Shown here: positions 39,949-47,332 of the stretch, piece by piece
Position numbering within the stretch: the stretch's first letter is position 1
Layout: every line of letters begins with the position of its first letter
Assembly (NCBI GenBank): GCA_963841735.1
Contig: CAWJDT010000001.1
Span: 544,001 to 608,000, forward strand
Length of the DNA: 64,000 nucleotides
Direction: 5' to 3'
Source: an uncultured Actinomycetes bacterium
GTDB taxonomy: Bacteria > Actinomycetota > Thermoleophilia > RBG-16-64-13
Made by a program: the position numbers and the translations under genes
The notes under the pieces: model-generated
Told to the model about the DNA's origin: nothing
Databases searched by the model: none
Seen by the model: the letters and a program-made list of their open reading frames with translations, nothing else

Positions 39949-40545
39949 ATGCGTACAGCAGGCAGCGCGCCTGATCTCGACGCTCTCTACGCCATCGCGG
40001 AGCCCAAGGAGGGCTATTTCACCGCGTCCGCGGCCGAGGCAGCCCGGTACTCACGGTCTCTGCTCGCCCATCATGTCAAAACCGGCATGCTCGAACGGGT
40101 CGAGCACGGCATCTACAGGCTCAGACGGTACCCAGAATCTCCGCGGGCGGACCTCATCGTTGCCGAACTCCGCGCGGGACCCTTTGCGGCTATATCCCAC
40201 GAGAGTGCCCTGGAGGTTTATGGCCTTTCGGATGTGCTCCCGTCAGAAGTCCACGTGACTGTGCCCCGCACGGCTTCCAGGCGCCGCGGCGGGGTCAGAC
40301 TCCATACAGGCCGCATGGAAGCAGAGGACGCGACCACCCGCGACGGCATCACTGTTACCACAGTCGAGAGAACCATAGCCGACGTAGCTCGTTCGGGCCT
40401 TCCTGAACAACTCGTTCTGCAGGCTATCCACCAGGCAGTCGAACTGGGTCTCACGACGCCCGCTCAGCTTACGCGATTCGCCGACCGACGCGGCGGTCGA
40501 GCTAAGAAGCTCGTCCACGCGGCCCTTGATAGGGTAGCGGCATGA
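39949..40545 (+). CDS. Type IV TA antitoxin, AbiEi family
   Basis: GYFT..LERV.HGIYRL, ISHESAL..GL.D and VTTVERTIAD. Confidence 0.85.
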   Translation: MRTAGSAPDLDALYAIAEPKEGYFTASAAEAARYSRSLLAHHVKTGMLERVEHGIYRLRRYPESPRADLIVAELRAGPFAAISHESALEVYGLSDVLPSEVHVTVPRTASRRRGGVRLHTGRMEAEDATTRDGITVTTVERTIADVARSGLPEQLVLQAIHQAVELGLTTPAQLTRFADRRGGRAKKLVHAALDRVAA

Positions 40546-41274
40546 TATACACAAGCGCCGCGGCCTTTCGCATGGCCCTTGAACAGCGCTTGAGACAGCA
40601 TTCTCTTGCGACGGCCGCCCCACTGGTCCGCCTCCGCAAGACCGTGGCATTTGACCGCCTGCTGGCGCGCTTGTCCGTCGATGGCGACCAAGGGTGGGTG
40701 CTGAAGGGCGGTTTTGCGCTGCAACTGCTGTTCTCAGGGCGGGCACGAACGACCAAGGACATCGACCTCCACATAGGCGAGACGGCGGACCAGGCCGGCG
40801 CACTCCTGCGGCAGGCCGCTCTCATAGACCTTGGCGACTTCTTCTCGTTCACGGTCTCGGCGGCGCCGGCCGCCGATGAAAGGGCGCCCCGCTTTGGAGT
40901 GCAGACCCGCGTCGACGGGCGGGTCTGGGAGGAGTTCCACGTGGACCTCGGCGCGGGAGAACCCATGGTCGGCACCCCCGTCCGGAGGACTGTCACGGAC
41001 TTGCTCGCCTTCGCGGACGTACCCCCGGTCGCCTTCGCCTGTTACCCATTGGCGCAGCAGCTGGCTGAGAAGGTTCACGCTCTCACGCGCCCTCGAGGCA
41101 GCTGCTCCCAGTAGTTGGGCACCTGAATACCGCCGGATGGCACGTGAGCTGTCGCTTCGCGGGACTTCGCTGCAAGAGGGACAGCGTTTGGCCTCGGATT
41201 TTGTAGATCCCGTTCTCGAGGGTCGAAAGCACGGCCACTGGTCGCCTGAGGCAGGCAGTTGGGTCGACCAGTAG
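40542..41274 (+). pseudogene. Type IV TA toxin, AbiEii nucleotidyltransferase, with apparent internal deletion and frameshift near 41100
   Basis: FDRLLARL, VLKGG, ARTTKDID and LAEKVHA, then stop at 41114; C-terminus WAPEYRRMA..FVDPVL..W lies in another frame; the R.KD..D segment is absent. Confidence 0.72.
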
Positions 41275-41321
41275 ACCAAGATGCTACTGTTGTCCGAGCC
41301 ATTCCCAGGAAAGGAGCGAAC

Positions 41322-42887
41322 ATAGCCATTTCCACTGTCGAGGACACCGCCGGTTCGGTTCCCCGCCTCCGCCGCGGCGCCCTGGGAGGCCTGATCTTCT
41401 TCGCCGGCATCGGCACCATGGCCACCGAGATGTGCGCTTCCCGCCTACTCGCCCCCTACTTCGGTTCGTCCACCATGATCTGGGCCAATATCATCGGCTT
41501 GATCCTGGTCGCTCTTTCCGTAGGCTACGTACTGGGCGGCAGACTGGCCGACAAGCACCCTCGCCCCCGCGTACTGGGCTACATCGTGTTGGCGGGAGCG
41601 GTCGTCACGGCCGCCGTGCCGTTTGCAGCCCGGCCATTCCTGGACGTCACCATCCACGGCATCGACTCGGTGTCGGTGGGAGCCGTCTTTGGTTCGTTCT
41701 TCGCCTGCGTCGTGCTCTTCGTGCCTTCGGTGCTGCTCTTGGGCATGGTGACGCCTTTCGCTATTCGCATAGGCATCCGCGACGTGGACAAGGCCGGCCG
41801 CACGGCAGGCCACATCTTCGCGCTCTCCACGGCCGGCAGCCTGCTGGGCACCTTCCTGCCCCCGCTGGTGACCATCCCCCTCATAGGCACCCAGCGCACC
41901 CTGTTGGTGGTAGCGGCGATCATCGCCGCGGCGGCGGCCCTGCTCTTGGGAGCCCGCTGGCTGCTGGTAGCCGCCGCCATCGCCGCCCTCATCGCCATCC
42001 CCCCGGGAGCGGTCAAAGCGGTCGACGGCCTGGTTTACGAGAAGGAGTCGCGCTACCAGTTCATCCAAGTGGTCCAAAACACCGAGAGCAGGCGGTCGCT
42101 CTACCTCAACGAGGGCTACGCGGTGCACTCCGTGTGGCGGCCCGACACCGTGCTCACGGGCGGCGAATGGGACATGTTCCTGGCCGTGCCGCCGCTCCTT
42201 GACCGCCCGGTGGAGAAGGTGGCCATCTTGGGCAACGCCGGCGGCACCACCGCCCGCTCATTCGGCGTGTACTACCCCGACGCCTCAATAGACGGCGTAG
42301 AGATCGACTCCGAAGTGAGCAAGGCGGCGACCCGCTACCTTGGCCTAAACGACAATCCCCGGCTCGAGGTGATCACCGCCGACGCCCGCCCCTTCCTGCT
42401 CGAAGCCGATGGAGAACTCTACGATCTCATCTTCATCGACGCCTACCGTCAGCCCTATGTGCCCTTCTACTTGGCCACGGCCGAGTTTTTCGCGCTCTGC
42501 CGGGAGCGCCTGGCACCCGATGGCATCATCGCCCTGAACGTCTCCACTGTGCCGGGTGACGACCGCCTCTCGCGCTCCATCTCGGGAACCCTGGCCACCC
42601 AGTTCCCCCTGGTGATGACGTGGCCGGCCCTGAACTTCAACCAACTGGTGCTCGGCTTCGCCGGCAACGATGACCCGAGCGAACTCGCCCGCCGCGCCAC
42701 CCAAGCGCCGGCAGACCTCCTACCGCTCACCGACCTCATGACCAAGGACTGGACGGCGGTGGAGCCCATGAAAGACTACTGGACCGACGACAAAGCGCCG
42801 GTGGAATGGATCACCGACCGTATGATCATCACCTACGGCGTGGGCGGCGGAAGCCTGGCCGAGGAGTTGCTCCCCACAAAGCCCTAG
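41322..42887 (+). CDS. Fused membrane domain/spermidine synthase-like protein; start uncertain
   Basis: MA.EM.ASRLLAPYFGSS..W, STAGSLLGTF, ESRYQ, LGNAGGT, VEID, DARPFL, YDLIFIDAY and TDDKAPVE. Confidence 0.85.
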   Translation: MAISTVEDTAGSVPRLRRGALGGLIFFAGIGTMATEMCASRLLAPYFGSSTMIWANIIGLILVALSVGYVLGGRLADKHPRPRVLGYIVLAGAVVTAAVPFAARPFLDVTIHGIDSVSVGAVFGSFFACVVLFVPSVLLLGMVTPFAIRIGIRDVDKAGRTAGHIFALSTAGSLLGTFLPPLVTIPLIGTQRTLLVVAAIIAAAAALLLGARWLLVAAAIAALIAIPPGAVKAVDGLVYEKESRYQFIQVVQNTESRRSLYLNEGYAVHSVWRPDTVLTGGEWDMFLAVPPLLDRPVEKVAILGNAGGTTARSFGVYYPDASIDGVEIDSEVSKAATRYLGLNDNPRLEVITADARPFLLEADGELYDLIFIDAYRQPYVPFYLATAEFFALCRERLAPDGIIALNVSTVPGDDRLSRSISGTLATQFPLVMTWPALNFNQLVLGFAGNDDPSELARRATQAPADLLPLTDLMTKDWTAVEPMKDYWTDDKAPVEWITDRMIITYGVGGGSLAEELLPTKP

Positions 42888-43008
42888 GGGCACCGGCGAT
42901 CTCCCTCCAAAGTCGTATGGCCTCAAGCGCTTTTCCGTCGCACTCTTGACGCGTTAATAGCCGCCGAGAGACACGAGGCTGTCATATCCCTAAACTGGTA
43001 TATTGGTG

Positions 43009-43397
43009 ATGGACAAGAGGCCCAGGCAAAGGATGTCGTCTGGATCGGTTCCTCTCTGAAGGATCTGCGTAGGTTCCCGGTCGGTGTCCGTCAAACAATG
43101 GGCTATGCGCTCTTCTTGGCTCAGTACGGAGACAAATACGTCGCAGCCAGACCGCTCAGGGGATATGGAGGAGCCGGGGTCTTGGAAGTCGTGGACGACC
43201 ACGAAGGGAATGCGTACCGTTTGGTCTACACCGTCCGATACTCGGATGCTGTCTACGTCCTGCACGCGTTTCAGAAGAAATCGACCCACGGGATCGCGAC
43301 CGGTAGACGCGACGTCGATTTGATCAGCGCACGTCTGGAACTGGCGCGGGGTCTTCACGAGCAGCGCACCTCTACGACAAAGGGAGCAACAAGATGA
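43009..43397 (+). CDS. RelE/ParE-family toxin (Gp49/DUF891-like), apparent frameshift just after the ATG
   Basis: KDVVWIGSSLKDLRRFP..MGYALFLAQ.G..GVLEV..AYR.VY..VYVLHAFQKKS. Confidence 0.85.
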
Positions 43398-43750
43398 ACA
43401 GCCCCGCCATCGATCACACTGTCAGCAGCGGCAACGTCTTCAGGGACCTCGGGCTTCCGGCCCCAGACGAACTCCTGGCGAAGGCCGAACTTGCCCGCCA
43501 GATCGCCCGCGTCGCGACTCACACACGCCTGACGCAGGCAGCGACCGCACGCATCCTTGGCACCACGCAGCCGAAGGTCTCCGACCTGCTTGCCGGAAAG
43601 CTCGCTGGTTTCTCCATGGAGCGCCTCATTCGCTTCCTCAATGCGCTCGACCGCGATGTACAGATCGTCGTTTCTGCCAAGCCGAGCAAGAAGGAACGAG
43701 CCACTACCAGAGTCATAACTACCTCGGCGGTGTCGGGCACGAGCGACTGA
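43394..43750 (+). CDS. XRE-family HTH antitoxin
   Basis: SSGNVFRDLG..LTQ..A.ILG.TQPKVS.L..GFSMERL.RFL.ALDRDV.I. Confidence 0.9.
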   Translation: MNSPAIDHTVSSGNVFRDLGLPAPDELLAKAELARQIARVATHTRLTQAATARILGTTQPKVSDLLAGKLAGFSMERLIRFLNALDRDVQIVVSAKPSKKERATTRVITTSAVSGTSD

Positions 43751-43763
43751 AGTCATGGTAGGC

Positions 43764-43784
43764 TATACGTATACTACACGTATA
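43764..43784. promoter_or_regulatory. Tandem palindromic operator upstream of the antitoxin-mazF pair
   Basis: TATACGTATA-C-TACACGTATA immediately before the GAGGA RBS. Confidence 0.55.
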
Positions 43785-43796
43785 GAGGACGCAGAC

Positions 43797-44045
43797 ATGC
43801 GCAAGAAGCTCACGATTACTATCGCCGAGGACGTCTACTACGGTCTGCATCGCGTGATCGGCCCACGCAACATCAGCGGCTTTCTGGAAACGCTGGCGCG
43901 TCCACATGTTGTCCTTGCCGATCTGGATGCTTCGTACGCCGCCATGGCCGCCGATGAGGCTCGAGAGAGCGAAGCCCTGGAGTGGGCCGAGTCCGCCGTG
44001 GCCGACGCCGCCAACTTCCTTGGAGACGATGATGAAGCGTGGTGA
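43797..44045 (+). CDS. Addiction-module antitoxin (RHH-like)
   Basis: MRKKLTITI.EDVY.GL..IG...IS.F.E.LARPHV..Y.AMAADE.RE.EALEWAE; overlaps the MazF-like gene. Confidence 0.8.
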   Translation: MRKKLTITIAEDVYYGLHRVIGPRNISGFLETLARPHVVLADLDASYAAMAADEARESEALEWAESAVADAANFLGDDDEAW

Positions 44046-44379
44046 GGTATGGTGGGTCAAGTTCGACCCAGCCCAGGGAGGCGCGGTCCGCAAAACGCGC
44101 CCGGCCATCATCGTCAGCAATGACGCCTCAAACCGCAACCTCAACCGGGTGCAGGTTGTTCCCGTCACAAGCAACATCAACAAGTTCTTCCCAAGTGAGA
44201 CCCCGGTCACTGTCGCCGGCAGGCAGGCCAAGGCTATGGCCGATCAGCTGACTACAGTCTCCAAGGCCCGGCTGGTCGGCCGGGTAGGCCGTCTTTCGCC
44301 CGCCGAACTCCAACAGGTAGAGCGGGTCATGATGCTACAACTAGGCCTCCCAGCACAGGAAACCGGCCTCCCCCGGTGA
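44032..44379 (+). CDS. mazF: PemK/MazF-family toxin
   Basis: MKRGEVWWV.FDP..G...KTRPAIIVSND..QVVP.TS..MADQLTTVSK.RL. Confidence 0.92.
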   Translation: MKRGEVWWVKFDPAQGGAVRKTRPAIIVSNDASNRNLNRVQVVPVTSNINKFFPSETPVTVAGRQAKAMADQLTTVSKARLVGRVGRLSPAELQQVERVMMLQLGLPAQETGLPR

Positions 44380-44444
44380 AAGATGTTTGTCGAAGGATGC
44401 TGGGGGGCGGCTGTGGTGTTGCCTGAGTGTGGAGGTCGTCTCAA

Positions 44445-45584
44445 GTGAACGTCCCCTTTGTTGACCTGAAGACCCAGGGACACGAGCTGCTCCCTGAGTA
44501 TCAAACGGCCCTGGCTTCCATCGTCGACCGGGCGGCCTACGTCATGGGTCCCGAGTTGCGCGAATTCGAGGCCGCTTTTGCCGAGTTCTGCGCCTGCCCG
44601 CACGGAGTAGGTGTGAGCTCCGGCACCGACGCGCTCGTCCTGGCCTACAAGGCTGCCGGCGTGGGTTCCGGCGATGAGGTCATCCTGCCCGCCAACACCT
44701 TCATGGCCACCGCCGAAGCTGTCACACACGTAGGCGGCACCCCTGTGGTGGTGGACGTGCTGCCCGACACCGCCAACATCGACCCGGCGGCAATCGAAGC
44801 CGCCGTGACATCGCGCACCAAAGCGATTGTGCCCGTACACCTCTTCGGCCAGCCCGCCCACATGGACGCCATCAATGCCATCGCTAAAGACCACGGGCTC
44901 ACAGTAATAGAGGATGCGTGCCAGGCCCACGGAGCCACTTACAAAGGCCGGGTCGCTGGGTCGCTGGGCGACATCGCGGCGTTCAGCTTCTATCCGGGTA
45001 AGAATCTCGGTGCTCTGGGAGACGGTGGCGCCGTCACCACCGCCGATGCCCAGATGGCCGAGACCGTGCGCGTGCTGCGCAATCATGGGGAAAAGACCAA
45101 GTCCAACCACACCGTGGTTGGCTACTGCTTCCGCCTGGACAACCTCCAAGCCGCCTTCCTGCAGATCAAGCTGAAGCACCTGGCCAACTGGAACCAAGCC
45201 CGCCGGGCTGCCGCCAAACGCTACGACGGCCTGCTGGCCGAGCTCGCCGGCGCCACGGTCGCGACCGACGCGACCGGCGCCGCCATCTCCCCCATCACTG
45301 AGCGCCCCGACACCGAAGCCGTCTACCACCTGTATGTGGTGCAGGTGGACAATCGCGATGCGGTACGGGCCAAGCTGGACGAAGTGGGCATAGGCACAGG
45401 CATCCACTATCCGGTGCCCATCCACATGCATGCCGCGTACGCGCACCTGGGCTACAAGCCGGGTGCCTTCCCGGTGGCCGAACGCATGGCCGAGAGGATC
45501 CTCTCCCTGCCTATTTTCCCCGAGATCACCCCCCAACAGGTAGACTACGTGGTTGAGCAGTTGGCTAAGGCGGTGGCGCCCTAG
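44445..45584 (+). CDS. DegT/DnrJ/EryC1/StrS aminotransferase (WbpE-like)
   Basis: VPFVDL, SGTDAL, PVHLFGQ, IEDACQAHGA, SFYPGKNLGALGDGG, RLD.LQAA and IHYP. Confidence 0.93.
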   Translation: MNVPFVDLKTQGHELLPEYQTALASIVDRAAYVMGPELREFEAAFAEFCACPHGVGVSSGTDALVLAYKAAGVGSGDEVILPANTFMATAEAVTHVGGTPVVVDVLPDTANIDPAAIEAAVTSRTKAIVPVHLFGQPAHMDAINAIAKDHGLTVIEDACQAHGATYKGRVAGSLGDIAAFSFYPGKNLGALGDGGAVTTADAQMAETVRVLRNHGEKTKSNHTVVGYCFRLDNLQAAFLQIKLKHLANWNQARRAAAKRYDGLLAELAGATVATDATGAAISPITERPDTEAVYHLYVVQVDNRDAVRAKLDEVGIGTGIHYPVPIHMHAAYAHLGYKPGAFPVAERMAERILSLPIFPEITPQQVDYVVEQLAKAVAP

Positions 45585-45614
45585 GGGCGTCGGCATCATG
45601 AAGGCGGTGACGTT

Positions 45615-46640
45615 GTGAAGACCGTGGCGCTGATAGGGTACGGCTACTGGGGTCCCAACCTTCTCCGCAACTACATGGAACTCCCCAACGCCTGCGTAAG
45701 GTGGGTGTGTGACACCCGAGTCGATGCCCTGGCCAAAGCGGCCTCGCGGTATCCGACGGTAGCGGGCACCACCGACTACCAGAAGGTGCTCGACGATGCC
45801 AAAGTGGACGCGGTGGTCATCGCCACGCCCATCTCTACCCATTTCCCGCTGGCCAAGGCTGCCCTTTTGGCGGGCAAACATGTGTTTGTCGAGAAACCCA
45901 TGACAGGCGATACAGCCGAGGCCCTCGAGCTGGCCGAACTGGCGGCCGCCAAGCAGCTGACGCTCATGGTGGGCCACACCTTCGTGTTTTCACCACCGGT
46001 TCGCAAGGTCAAAGACATCATCGCGTCGGGTGAGTTGGGCGACATCTTTTTCGTCACCTCCACCCGAGTCAACTTGGGGCTGCATCAAAAGGATGTCAGC
46101 GTTGTCTGGGATCTTGCCCCCCACGATCTCTCCATTTTGCACTACTGGCTGGACGAGACCCCCAGCAGCGTCTCGGTGGCCGGACGCGCCTGTATCAACC
46201 CGGGCATCCCCGATGTGGCCTTTATCAACCTGCGTTTCCCCTCGGGCGTCGTGGCCGAGTTGCAGGTGGCCTGGCTCTCCCCTGTGAAATTGCGCCGCAC
46301 CATAGTGGTGGGCAGCAAGAAGATGCTCCTCTATGACGACACCGAGAGCGTGGAGAAGGTCAAAGTGTTCGACCACGGCGTGGATTTCCGCGATCCGGAG
46401 ACTTTTGGCGAGTATCAGCTCTCCTATCGCACCGGCGACATCGTGTCTCCCAAGATCGGCGGCAGCGAGCCGCTTCTGGTCGAGGCTTCGCACTTCATCG
46501 AGTGCCTGGAAACCGGGAAGCGGCCCCTCACCGATGGTGCGGCCGGCCTGGCTGTGGTGGCTTCGCTGGAAGCAGCCGACCACTCCCTGCGTAACGACGG
46601 CGCCCTGCAGACCATCAAGACCGCGAAAGCGACTGAATGA
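45615..46640 (+). CDS. Gfo/Idh/MocA oxidoreductase (WbpB-like position)
   Basis: GYGYWGPN, HVFVEKP, MVGH and WDLAPHD. Confidence 0.9.
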   Translation: MKTVALIGYGYWGPNLLRNYMELPNACVRWVCDTRVDALAKAASRYPTVAGTTDYQKVLDDAKVDAVVIATPISTHFPLAKAALLAGKHVFVEKPMTGDTAEALELAELAAAKQLTLMVGHTFVFSPPVRKVKDIIASGELGDIFFVTSTRVNLGLHQKDVSVVWDLAPHDLSILHYWLDETPSSVSVAGRACINPGIPDVAFINLRFPSGVVAELQVAWLSPVKLRRTIVVGSKKMLLYDDTESVEKVKVFDHGVDFRDPETFGEYQLSYRTGDIVSPKIGGSEPLLVEASHFIECLETGKRPLTDGAAGLAVVASLEAADHSLRNDGALQTIKTAKATE

Positions 46641-47332
46641 GCGGCAGCGACGCGTCGCTTGTGTCGCCTGGCGGCCCCTGGCTACCCGGGGTGCACGTGG
46701 CCCCCAACGTCGAAATCGGCCCCGAGCCCGATCTGCAGTCTCCCTGCATCTTGGGCAAGGCTCCGCGCGGCGCCACCGAAGGCGAGCTGCCCCTGCGTAT
46801 CGGCGCCCGACCGACAGTACGGCCTTTCACCACCATCTACGCCGGCAGCGTTATCGGCGAACGGCTACAGACCGGCCAGGGCGCGTCCATCCGCGAAGAC
46901 AACGTGCTCGGCGACGACGTCTCGGTGGGCACCAACGCGGTCCTTGAGTTCGGCAATCGCATCGGCAACCGGGTGCGCATCCATTCCGGCTGCTTCCTGG
47001 AGATGGTCACTATCGAAGACGACGTGTTCGTGGGCCCTAACGTGGTCTTTACCGACGATCCGCACCCCATGAACTGCCCCCGCTACAAAGAGTGCAAGGG
47101 CGGTCCTGTGGTAAGGCGGCTGGCCCGTATCGGCGCGAACAGCACCATTTTGCCTGGGGTGGAGATCGGCCAGAACGCCTTGGTGGGGGCCGGCTCGGTG
47201 GTGGTGAACGACGTGCCTCCGGACACGGTGGTGGCCGGCAATCCCGCGCGGGTGATCAAGAGAGTGGCCGACCTGACCTGTCACCCCGGCTTTTACGACC
47301 GTCCCTACGACTGGGAGCCCTACCGATCATGA
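46637..47332 (+). CDS. Hexapeptide N-acetyltransferase (WbpD-like)
   Basis: IEDDVFVGPNVVFTDD.HP and IGANSTILPGV.IG.NALVGAGSVV..GNPAR. Confidence 0.88.
   Translation: MSGSDASLVSPGGPWLPGVHVAPNVEIGPEPDLQSPCILGKAPRGATEGELPLRIGARPTVRPFTTIYAGSVIGERLQTGQGASIREDNVLGDDVSVGTNAVLEFGNRIGNRVRIHSGCFLEMVTIEDDVFVGPNVVFTDDPHPMNCPRYKECKGGPVVRRLARIGANSTILPGVEIGQNALVGAGSVVVNDVPPDTVVAGNPARVIKRVADLTCHPGFYDRPYDWEPYRS

Noticed and set aside
9591-44379. Integron cassette array explaining the TA modules
   Set aside because: No integrase, and I could not find attC-like RYYYAAC..GTTRRRY pairs around the modules.
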